A stretch of DNA of 63,984 nt, the filler included, from Guillardia theta CCMP2712 (Eukaryota; Protista; Cryptophyta): assembly GCF_000315625.1 (NCBI RefSeq). It is 3 parts of 3 records of this genome, joined end to end, with 100 filler letters (N's around TTAATTAATTAA, not from the genome) between each part and the next. Parts side by side here need not be neighbours in the genome. Positions count along the whole stretch, not along the records: positions 1 to 31,582 come from NW_005434572.1; positions 31,683 to 62,802 come from NW_005434555.1; 1 more part is not named here. One strand, 5' to 3'. This document shows positions 27,073-40,584 of the stretch, piece by piece; the stretch's first letter is position 1; every line of letters begins with the position of its first letter. The translations under genes and the position numbers were made by a program. The notes under the pieces were generated by a model. That model worked only from the letters and a program-made list of their open reading frames with translations. It had not been told where the DNA came from and made no database searches.

Positions 27073-28438
27073 ATGTGAGGGAGGGAGGGAGGGAGGGAGT
27101 GATCCTCCTACCTGACACGATTCTAGGTCATGCGAACAGGATTTGGTTGATTTTCTCGCCAAGCTGAAGCTGTGAGGACTTGGAGAGAGTGTAGAGTGGC
27201 CGATGACGACTGTACAGGTCAAGATGCAGAGAATATCTTGTTCAGAACAACGTCACCTCCTTGGACTCACTCAAGAAGTTGCCCGTGAACGATCTCAAGG
27301 CCATCGGCTTCCGAACTGAGGTCGGTCTGGGCGAATGAGCGTGAGAAGGGTAATCAAGGATGGTAGGTGAGGAGCCGCATTCAGAAATCTCTCAACAGCT
27401 CTGAGCCGGACACGGAATATTTCGAGGAGGAGAAGTATGTAACAGTTGACGAGGAGGAGGAAGCAGCCATTCAAGAGCAGAGCAAGCCCACCAGTGCGAA
27501 GAAGAAGAAGAAGAGTAAGGGAGCATATAAGCACGGCGGATCCTCATCCTCGAATCCAGTCAGCCTCGTCTCCCCTTGCCCCTTGCCTCTCACTCTTGCT
27601 GCTCACTCCAGGTTCCGGGAGAGGATGGATCGACTCTTGAGCCTCAGCTCGAACAGTTGCTCTCCACCCTCGGGCTATCGGAGTGTGCACCAGTGTTTCA
27701 ACGCAACAACATCACTAGCCTCGCCTCCTGTAGATTCGTGACGAAAGAGGCGCTGGTGGGGAACTTTGGGGTCCCGTCGGAGAAGGCTGGGCTCTTGCTA
27801 TCCTACATCATTTCTGCCTCACCAGGTGTCGCCCAGGAACGCCGGCTGCCGGTCCCCTTCTCCTTGTGCTGATGTTGTTTGCTGACGATTGTCGGTGCTG
27901 TCAGGAGCTGGCACCGGATCTAGACATGGTGAGGACCTTTCCTTGAGACGCCTTGACCTTGACCTCTGATGTCTGCAGATTGTTTCTTCGCTGAATCTCC
28001 CTGAGATCGATAGGCGGATGGTGAAAACGGCGCTGCAGACCAACGAGGTTCTCTCTGTCAGAGATGCAAAGGCGAAGCGATTCGCCATGATGAACGAGCT
28101 GGGTTTGTCTGCGGATGCGGCAACAGAGCTCGGCCGGCTGCTCGACGCTGGACCCGTGATGCCGCACCACATGCCCAACTCGTACCAACAGCAGCAGGCC
28201 GCGATGCAGGTAGGGGACCTCTCTCCGCGCCTGCTGGAGGCCTGCTGACGTCGTGCAGCAGCTGGGAGGAGGATCGGCGTCGGGGGCGCAGTATGCCTAC
28301 TCATACGGGCTCAACGGTCAGCTCTTCGGGCAGGATTTGTGGACGCCCAACCAGGCCTATGGAAATAGCTTTCAGGATTCAGTTTATTGGAACGGACAGC
28401 ACTCTAAGTATGCCCCTGCCGGCCCGCCACCGATGTAA
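27073..28438 (+). CDS. Protein with two to three SAM-like domains and a Q/Y/N-rich tail
   Basis: Spliced MSCEQDLVDFLAKLKLSRCREYLVQNNVTSLDSLKKLPVNDLKAIGFRTEVRSRIQKSL (SAM), a second unit LEQLLSTLGLSECAPVFQRNNITSL..FGVP, and a more degenerate third unit. Confidence 0.75.
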
Positions 28439-28712
28439 GGACTTCATGCTGCTGCTGCTGCTGCTGCTACCGCTGTCACTGTCCTGCCCCTCACTCCTAC
28501 TGCTCCTTTTCCTCCCGCTCTCCTCCTCTTCGCTCCTCCTCTTTGTCTGATCCTGCCTCCTCCTTGTCTTCCTGCCATCTTCTTATTGGTCAACTCTCGT
28601 TTTCTCTGCTCCTGACTGACCCTGGTTGGGGAACACAGAAGATGACTTGATCGCATTTCTTACGGAATCGCGGAGATGGACATGTTTATGTAAAGTTTCC
28701 GCTGCTCTCCCT

Positions 28713-31582
<2,870 letters not shown>

Positions 31583-31682
31583 NNNNNNNNNNNNNNNNNN
31601 NNNNNNNNNNNNNNNNNNNNNNNNNNTTAATTAATTAANNNNNNNNNNNNNNNNNNNNNNNNNNNNNNNNNNNNNNNNNNNN
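31583..31682. other. Assembly gap with an artificial TTAATTAATTAA stop linker
   Basis: 100-nt N run with the linker at 31627-31638; identical layout at 62803-62902. Confidence 0.95.
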
Positions 31683-32130
31683 TGCTGGAATCTTTTGAAA
31701 GGGTTTTCATTCCATAATAAAACTCCCTTATTAATTTCCCATCTTTCCTCCCCTCTATGTTCCCCAACCCTCTTCGACGTTTATCCACGATTTTTGTCTC
31801 CTATGCTTTCCTGTCTTCATGTCCGATCTTGATTTGTGATCTCAGAGGCGACCTCAAATCCTGAAGAAGAAAGAGAAGGATAGTTGATTTGTTAATGATG
31901 GGTGCTGCTTTTTATGGTTGAGGTGGAGGATGAGGAGGGAGGTGGAGGAGGGAGGTGGAGGAGGGAGGAGGAGGAGGAAGGGACAGAGGAGGAGGAGGAG
32001 GAGAAGAAGAAGCAGTAGATGATGATGATGAGACTGCGATGTCTTGACGATGACGGTATGATGATGACGGCAATAATGATGATGACGACGATGATGATGG
32101 TATTTTACTGTGATATGACGGCATTGCGAA

Positions 32131-35100
32131 GGAAACAAACTTGTGGGCATTAACTTTGAACAACTGCAAAGAGAGGTGAGCTTGGGTGTCAAAAGCTCGA
32201 AGGAGATGAGGTACTGATATGATTTGACATTTACTAGGCGAACTTTCGTTTCTCCCTCGTTCGAATGCGTGAGAACGCTGAGAGTATAGCATTCTACGGT
32301 ACTTGCAAGCACACCTCCCTGACTGTTCTCTGACATGATGTTGCGATGTGATGATGAAGGAGGAGAAAATATCGAGATGAAGGAGATCAAGAAGCGTTTC
32401 CAGTCAGCTATCGACAACTCGTTTCGTCTCATTTCAAACCAGAGAAATTTGGAACTTTTCACTGTAGCATATCGCTACATGGTCCAGGTCGGCTTCTCTT
32501 CAATCACTTTGCCTCCTTGCTGTATTTGTTCTTGATAGCCCTTTTTGCTACTGCCAGCGCTGCTGCTGCTCCTCCTCTTCATCCCGCTTTTCCTCCTCCC
32601 CCTTTTCCCCGTCAGATACCACTAACACCAGCACTTCCATCTCCTCTACATCACCACTTCTGATGCGTTTTGTTGGTCATACCTGCTTCCTTCCCGCTCC
32701 TTCCTCTCTCTTCTTTATTCTCCTCATTCCTTTCCCTTCAGGTTATTCCTGCGTGGGTCGTTGCCCCACTCTACTTCAAGGTAAGACAACTTCTTCCTAT
32801 CCCCCATCCTCTCCTCTACCTCCATCTCCTCCGTCGCTCCCCTCCTCTACCTCCATCTCCTCCGTCGCTCCCCTCCTCTACCTCCATCTCCTCCGTCGCT
32901 CCCCTCCTCTACCTCCATCTCCTCCGTCGCTCCCCTCCTCTACCTCCATCTCCTCCGTCGCTCCCCTCTTCTACCTCCATCTCCTCCGTCGCTCCCCTCC
33001 TCCACCTCCATCTCCTCCGTCGCTCCCCTCCTCCACCTCCATCTCCTCCGTCGCAACCCCCTGCACCTCTTTCCCCCTCCTCCCGCAGTCTCCTTATATT
33101 CTCACTCTCTTCATCTCATCCTTGTTTACTATCTTTCTCTTGCCGGCACCACCACCAATTCCTCATCAACCTCCTCCCCCTCCTATCCTCCTCTTCTTCC
33201 TGACCCATCATCTACTCACTCTTCCTCCTTCTCACACACTGCAGGGCAAGATAGAGCTTGGGGTTGTCAGTCAGAGTTACGGCGCTTTCAATCACATTCT
33301 TTCTGACCTCTCCATCATCGTCAACCAGGTCAAACGATCAAAACCTTCTCTTCCTCTCTCGTTCCTGCTTCTCCCTTACCCTGCCTCCATTCCTCCTTCC
33401 CTCTCTCTCGCTCCCTCCTTGTCTGCTAGTCTCCTCTTTCCATCTCTGTTCTCCTTGGCCCCTCCCTCCCTCCCTCTCCCTACCCGCCTTGCCTGCTTCC
33501 TCCTTTCTCCTCCATCCTCCCACCTATCCGCTTTTTTCCTCCCCCCTCCACGTCTGTCTGTCAGGTTGCATCCTGCGAGGCTGACCCGACCAGTTAACTG
33601 TCAATGGTTCGATTTCAACTCACTTTCATGTCTTGTCGCAGTTTGAAGGAATCAGCTCCTTCTCTGCCGGTAACGACATGTGGATTGTTGACACGTCTTG
33701 TATCATTCTGCACAAGGAGTCTTGTCTTGTCTCTCTGATTCACAGTTGACAACTGCTTTTTGATCCGTCTCTTCAGTTTTGTTTCTTATGAGTCACTCGT
33801 TGATACCCGTTCCTTGCTTCTTGTGTGTTGTTTTGGGTGCGCTCTGTGGTCGATTTTCTTTCACTCTCATTCTTCAGGTATTGGTCGTCTTGGCGACTTC
33901 ATCGAGGCCATGGAGAGCAACAAGGTCTGATGAAGATGATGTTTGTATTCCATCCTGTCCAATCCTGTCCTCCATTCTTCCCTCTCTTTCCCTCTTCTCA
34001 CATGATTGCTGCAGAACAACGAAGCTGTGGGAGGAGCGCAAGTCACAAGTCAGTGAGTTTGTCTGAAAGTTCTTTGCTTGACACAGGTGTAGATGCTACA
34101 AGCACCTGGGACTCGATCACGTGGTGGGATGCTTTCAAGGTTGTAGATCTATGTGATGGTGTTGTTGTTGTTGGTGGTGGTAATGATGATGATGATTGCA
34201 AAGATGATTGTGATGACGATCATTACTGCAACGATGACCATGACGATGGTGTAGTGGAGGAGGAAGAGGATGAGGATGAGGATGTGGTGGTGTTGGGGTT
34301 GACGGTGACGTTTGCAAGACTGCCATCTCTCTCCGTGGGTTTCACCAGGGGGATCCTACCTCGTTGTCGGTGACCGGCAGCTGCTCAACTGACAGAAGCT
34401 GACTCCCTGCCCAGCTGGTGTGGAGCGCCATGAAGGAAGGGATCTTGCCGATTCCAGGGTTCCAGGTAAACAGCGAGGGATGGGAAAGTTTGCAGGTGAT
34501 AGGAGCGCAGGACAACGCACACCGAACGTTCCTGAGGGAGGAGGTGGAGGAGGAGGGGAGAGAGGTGAAGGCGGGAGAGAAGGCGGCGGAGAGGAAGGAG
34601 GAGGAGAGCAGTATCAAGAGCGTCATCGTGCCGGGGGAGGTTGTCAGGATCAAGGACCTGACGCTAAAGGTTCAGAAGTTGTTTCACCTCCTTTACTCCT
34701 GCAACCAAGAATGTTTCACGATGGTGGAAATGTGCCAATGTTGTTTCAAACATCGTTAGATGAAGTTATGTGTCCTAGATGGTTTGATGATGTTGTATCC
34801 TTACAATCTCGCTCTCAGTGTTGAGTATGAGCTGCTGCTGATAATCTCGTTTCCTCCTTCTTCCTTATTCCACAGACTCCGGACAACTCCAGAGTTTTGA
34901 TTGAGAACCTCAACATTGAGGTGCAGAAGGGACAGCATCTCCTTATTGTTGGAAACAGGTTCCTCCCCCTTCCCCTCGTCCTCGTCCTCCTCATCCTCTT
35001 CCTCCTCCTCGTCCTCCTCGTCCTCCTCGTCCTCCTCGTCCTCCTCGTCCTCCTCGTCCTCCTCGTCCAACTCCCCTTTCTGAGCTCCTGCCGTGTTTTC

Positions 35101-35996
35101 TGTTTCAGCTCCCTCCCTTCGCTCTCCTCCTCCTCCTCCTCCTCCTCCTCCTCCTCCGTCGTGATTCAACTGACTCACCTCCTCCTCCCAGTGGAGCCGG
35201 CAAGAGCTCTCTGCTCCGCGCCATCGCTGGGCTGTGGACAGCAGGGAAGGGAGAAATTACCCGCCCTCCTCCTGGAGAGACTTTCTTCCTCCCTCAGCGT
35301 CCCTACTGCACCCTTGGGTCCCTCCGAGAGCAGGTTAGAGGAGGGAGGGAGGGAGGGAGCAGAGGAGGGAGGGAGCAAAGGAGGAAGGGAGGTGGAGGAG
35401 CTCATTTATCTGTCAGGGTTGCCATATTGGACGAGGCGAGTTCCGCTCTTGACCTTATGAGTGAGAAGGTGAGGAGCAGAAGTTGAAGGATGAGGAGAGG
35501 ACGAGGAGGAAGGAGGGGAGGGGGCGGCAAGGGAGCCAGGAGGGAGGAGGGGGGAGATTTCTTTCTTGCTGATCTCACTTGGCAGAGCATGTATGAGCTG
35601 CTTGAAAACCTTCCACACCTCACTTACATCTCAGTTGGTCACCGACCAAGGTACTCCTCCTCCTCCTCCTCCTCCTCCTCCTCCTCCTCCTCCTCCTTCT
35701 CCTCCTCCTCCTCCTCCTTCTCCTCCTCCTCCTCGTGCTCCTCCTCCTTTTGCTTCTTCCTCCCTCGCCCTGCCCGTTTCTCCTCCCATCCTCCAGCCAC
35801 CTTGTTGTCTTCTATTGTCCAACATTCATCTCCCTCCTCCCTCCTCCCTCCTCCCTCCTTCCTCTTCGTCCTTGGCCTCTGACCTCCCCGCAGCCTCCTG
35901 CACTATCACGACATGAAGTTGAAGCTCAAGGGGGACAAGTTCGAGATCGAGAAGATCGCAGACACCAGCGAGAAGCAGCAGATCGTGGCTCTCTGA
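32131..35996 (+). CDS. ABC transporter subfamily D half-transporter, C-terminal part (5' part lost in the gap)
   Basis: EANFRFSLVRMRENAESIAFY (EAA motif), VVAPLYF, Walker A LLIVGNSGAGKSSLLRAIAGLW, FLPQRPY, Walker B VAILDEASSALD and ISVGHRPSL. The signature-motif exon(s) are not visible. Confidence 0.88.
32810..33055 (+). repeat. 31-bp intronic minisatellite (~8 copies, TCCTCTACCTCCATCTCCTCCGTCGCTCCCC)
   Basis: Contiguous near-identical units with no spacers. Confidence 0.93.
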
Positions 35997-36649
35997 GCAT
36001 GCATAACCCCTCCCTAGCCCCCCCTATTACCCCCTCCCCAGCTGCAGTCACTTCTAGTTTATCAACAAGCATGATTCCTTACTGTCTCCCTTTCCTTCCT
36101 TTCTCAGCTCCGTCCCGCTGTTACCAGCACACCGTCGGCTACATGTCTTCCCTCGCACTTGACTTGTTTTGCATCTCCCACCACAAGATTTGTAGGATGC
36201 AACTGCCAGTCGCCGTTACCGCCACCCTCCACCGTAATCACTCACTTTCTCAGAATCGACTTGTACGACAGAGCCTGGAACCCACGAGTCCTCTGAGGGA
36301 AGAAGAGGAGGTAGAGGGGAGAGAAAGAGAACAGCAGTTAGAAAGCAACAAGAGAGGGTAAAGGAGAGGAGAAGCGGAGAAGACGAGAAAGTCGTGATGG
36401 GGAAGAAAAGAGACGAGAAGGTAAAGAGGAAAATCGTCAGGAAACAGCAAGGTGAGATACGAGGTTGAAGCATCAGAGAGCAGGTAGAGAATATGAAAGG
36501 GACAGGAATCGACACACAACAACAATGGAAGTCAATGACAGGAGGAAAGGCAGCAACAAACCAGCGCTTGCTTCAGGTCGGTCGTCGGTAGGGACGCAAC
36601 CCAGTGGTACAGTGCTCCTCCCACCCGACCTCTCATCGTGTGCTTGAAG

Positions 36650-37413
36650 AGGATGGACGTGCTAGCTCACTTCAGTCCTACCACCCTCCCCGATCATCTC
36701 CCACCACCTGTCATTGAAGATGCTCATGTTCACCATCGGCGGGTAGGAGGTGTTGTGCCCCTCGTCAAACAGCTGGAAAGGTTTCATTCTCCTACCCCCC
36801 ATGCTCCGCCCGCAAAGATTCTCGCACCATCCTGTGGAAGGCCTCCTCCTTCGCCTCCTTGCCCGAGCCAGCAGGTCGAGCTTGCAAACTCTTTGCTCCC
36901 GACACCCCAGCCTGCTACACCTTCAAGACACATGGCGGCGCATCCAGAAATCCTCCTACCTGTATATGTCGATCCCATGGTTGCGTATGCATCCTGCACG
37001 AGACGACACCTGCGAGTCACGTGGTGACGTCATAGTCAAATCCACAGCCCTGACAGAGATGCTTCCTACCTGTCTTGTTGGTTCCGTACCTTGCCAGCCT
37101 GCTGCATCCATCCGGGTTCTTGCAGAGATGTCTCTGACAGCAGCAGCATCAGCAAGGGTGTGAGATGTGAAGAGGGATGACAGTTGTGGGTCGGCGAGTT
37201 GCTTCCGACTTGTGTTGATTGCAGAACCTCAGATCACCGTTCTGACAGGAGAAGGCCCCGAACTTGGAAGGAGAACAAGAATATTCAGAAGTGCTAAAGC
37301 GAGTTGACATACACACTTCCTCCTCCTCCTCCTCCTCCTCCATCGTCATCATCATCGTGATCGTGATCGTGATCGTGATCGTGATCGTGATCGTGATCGT
37401 GATCGTGATCGTA

Positions 37414-37459
<46 letters not shown>

Positions 37460-38503
37460 CCATCACTACCTCCATCATCATCATCACCATCATCATCACC
37501 ATCATCATCACCATCACAACCTCCACCATCATCATCACCATCATCATCACCATCACTACCTCCACCAGCACAGAGCAAACCTCACTTTCAAGCATCCCTC
37601 TGGATGGTCACACCGTCGATTTCGGACATCCACACAGTCATCAGTGGCATGTTTCCTGCAGAAGAGTTTTCTTGGGTCATCCTTGAACGCAAAAGTCGCC
37701 TGTGTTGAGCACTTCAACCCGTCCTCTGAAACGAACATGCACCTCTTGTTCTTTAAGTCTACATGCTGCGGGCCCTTGTGGGCTGTGCAGAACAAAGGCT
37801 TTCCTCCTTCCACCCCGTAGGAAGGGACCTTGTTGCACGCGTCAAACTGACATCTTGAACTCCGGAGATCGACGTGACTGGCGTCCCTGTGCTTGGCGCA
37901 ATAGATCGCCTTCCTTTCCTCAGGGTCTCCGAACGAAGGAGTTCTGCTGCATCCTTCCTTCTTGCACACCCTCCTGCTGATGCTCTTGTCGCCCTGCTCC
38001 CTGTGCTGCGAGCATCTCGTGGGCCCCTCCCCGTCGTCCCCGAACACAGACTGCTTGTTGCATCCCGGAACTTCGCACATGGCGTGGAAGACGTCGACCT
38101 CTCCTTCCAAGCGATGATGCTTGCAGTGAGCAGGAGCACTTCTGTGCGCCGGCAACTTGCTCCTACTCGTCTGCGGCGCGGCAAAGATGGCTTTCCTTGC
38201 GCACTGAAGGCACCGACCGTGGAGGGGGACAGCGTCGCAATGCAGCGAGTCGACACAAACCTTGCACAGCTTCTCCTTCCACTCTCTCTCCTTCCCCTGG
38301 ATGCCCCAGCGTGCGGGCCGCATCACACACCGAGCGCAAGTAGCATGCTGCAAGGTGAAAGGAGGCAGGACTTTCCTGAGGGTGGAGAGACCATCTCCCA
38401 ATCTCGACGATGCGGCAGCGATCTTGCTATCGTGTTTGATGAGGAGCGTCAGACTGAGGGTCGCCAGCAGGACAAGAGCTCTCAACAAGTGCCGCAGAGA
38501 CAT
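36650..38503 (-). CDS. EsV-1-7 cysteine-rich repeat protein with an N-terminal hydrophobic segment (3' end uncertain)
   Basis: Repeats of the form C-x4-C-x3-P-S-F/Y-G..C-x2-H..VD, e.g. CKKEGCSRTPSFGDPEERKAIYCAKHRDASHVDL and CQFDACNKVPSYGVEGGKPLFCTAHKGPQHVDL. Confidence 0.85.
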
Positions 38504-38969
38504 CTCCCATGTAGCTCCCTCATAATCTTGTGCCCAGAGTCAACACCGACCTAAAGCTTGTCTCGAAGTTGCAAGATCGGTCAAACATAGTCCTCTCTTG
38601 ACTGATGCCCGCCCCGATCGTGTTTGTGTTCTAAATCTTCACTCCCTTCCCTCTTGTTGATCCTCCTGCTCCTCCTGCTCCTCCTGCTCCTCCTGCTCCT
38701 CCTGCTCCTCCTGCTCCTCCTGCTCCTCCTGCTCCTCCTGCTCCTCCTCTCTTCGCCTCCATGTAAGGCAATGGCCTCACTGGCCGCATTCCCGATTCCC
38801 CACATCCCCACTCATTGGGCCCGGCGGCCCGCCCAGGCCCGCCCCCGCCGGGCCGCTGACTCGGAGCCCGGCCCGGCCTGGGCTCCCGCCGGGCCGCGTC
38901 TGTGACGGACTCAGTGACTCTGCCCGGGCCGGGTTGTTCAACGGTTCCGAGTCCGCCGGCTTATCTCCG

Positions 38970-39045
38970 TTTTACTCGAAGTTAAGTTAAACTTGAATGT
39001 CCGATCCCACACGTGACAAACCGTCTAACTTAACTTTGAGTAAAA
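38970..39045. promoter_or_regulatory. 20-bp inverted repeat around a CACGTG box in a divergent intergenic region
   Basis: TTTTACTCGAAGTTAAGTTA (38970-38989) and TAACTTAACTTTGAGTAAAA (39026-39045) pair at 19/20 positions. Function is inferred. Confidence 0.45.
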
Positions 39046-39437
39046 ATCTAAGGCACTGATGAGTCAGTCAGGTGTTCCCGGAGTCTTCCGAGTCATCACT
39101 CTCAGCATCGCCCGGGGGGCCAACCCTATCTATAAAGAGTGTATCATGCCAGGCAAGTCTTATCGTCAGCAAGCCATGATGCAGGGTAGGTGCCAGCGTG
39201 ACCGGACCCTCGATAAAACCGCCGGTACCCTGACTGAACCCGTCGGTATCGTGACCTGCTGACACTTAAAGACCGCCGATGAGTTTTATATTCCCCTCCT
39301 TTCCCTCCGTTCCTCTACCCCTCGCTCCCCTACCGCTCCCTCCTCCCTCCTCCCTCTCCGCTCACCTCCTCCTTCCCCCCATCAGCCTCCTCACTACTCC
39401 CCTCCCCCTCCCCTGCATACATCACTCCCTCCCTAAC

Positions 39438-39668
39438 ATGTGCAAGGCACTCCACGAGTCAGCACTTGTTGCCAGCAGAAAGATCATGATCCAAAACGTC
39501 GACTTCTACATCCCACGCTCCAGCCGCGACAAGCTGCAGCGGCCTGCCGACAGCGCCTCCTCCTCGGCCAAAGCCTCTCAGCATCGCGAGGCAGGAGCGG
39601 CGTCAAAGCCGAGCCTCTTGACCAACGTGCTGCATGTGCAGAGGAGGCTGAGGGTCGAGGCTGACTGA
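39438..39668 (+). CDS. Hypothetical 76-aa intronless microprotein (MCKAL family)
   Basis: aacATG start, C-ending codon bias, and motifs shared with the ORFs at 52.6-54.6 kb. Confidence 0.55.
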   Translation: MCKALHESALVASRKIMIQNVDFYIPRSSRDKLQRPADSASSSAKASQHREAGAASKPSLLTNVLHVQRRLRVEAD

Positions 39669-40468
39669 TGTATATCTGGGATGGAGTCGGCGGGATGTAG
39701 CATAGAGCACCTGTAGCATAGGGGGAGGAGGAGGCTTGTGGTTGTGTAGTAGTAAATGCGTGATACCGGGACGATCTGAGAGGTCACACGCATCGGGAGA
39801 GAGCGCGGGAGGGATGAAGGAGGACGGTCCTGATGTTCATGGGGCTGCTGAATTGTGCTACACACCGTGCCCCAGCACGTGTAGGGAAATAGGTTCATGC
39901 CCTTGCCGACAGCAGTAGCCTGTCGTGCTCGGTGTGTTCTAGTAAACGCAGCGCTGTCAGTGATTGCTCTGGTGATCGCCCATTCCCGAAGGTCACCGGG
40001 TTGTGCGTACAACCGTGACTCTCGACCGGACGGTGACTTTTAATGGCGATGGTCATGTGCAGGTGCACTCAACCTGTAACTTCCGAAGTTGCTGATTGTC
40101 GATATGGTTGATGTTGAGCAGCTTGGAGTGTGTCGACTCAAGTTGTTGTGAGGGGTCTGAGATGCCAGTCGGAGTCACTCGGAATACTATCATACTATCA
40201 TACTGTAGCCCCGCAGATCACAAGAACAGGGCCCGGGTAGAACAAGTTCAACCTGACAGAACTCGGACAACTCGGATGAAAGGCAAATTGCAGTCACAGC
40301 CGCGGCCCGGCCCGGCCGGCGGCAATCGCCGGGCCCGCCTCTTCGAGGACCCTCATCCCCGTCTTTCCAATATTGGCATTGGGACTGAGGGTGGATGAGG
40401 GGGCCAGGCTTCACGTGCATTGAAGGCGACAAGAGGGGAGAGGAAAGAAGAACAGAGACAGTGAACGA

Positions 40469-40549
40469 GAGGGGTACTGCATCCTCGGAGACAACGGGAG
40501 GGGTACTGCATCCTCGGAGACAACGGGAGGGGTACTGCATCCTCGGAGA
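40469..40549 (+). repeat. 29-bp minisatellite (~2.8 copies, GAGGGGTACTGCATCCTCGGAGACAACGG)
   Basis: Contiguous copies ending about 35 bp before the PWP2 ATG. Confidence 0.92.
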
Positions 40550-40584
40550 GCTGATATCTTGTGTGCAAGAGCGACGGCACAAGG

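Noticed and set aside
31627-31638. TTAATTAATTAA palindrome-like motif (also 62847-62858)
   Set aside because: Centred in N runs with identical layout; an artificial all-frame stop linker.
32810-33055. 31-bp repeats as a CRISPR array (likewise the 25- and 29-bp repeats)
   Set aside because: The units are contiguous with no unique spacers, there are no cas genes, and the context is eukaryotic.
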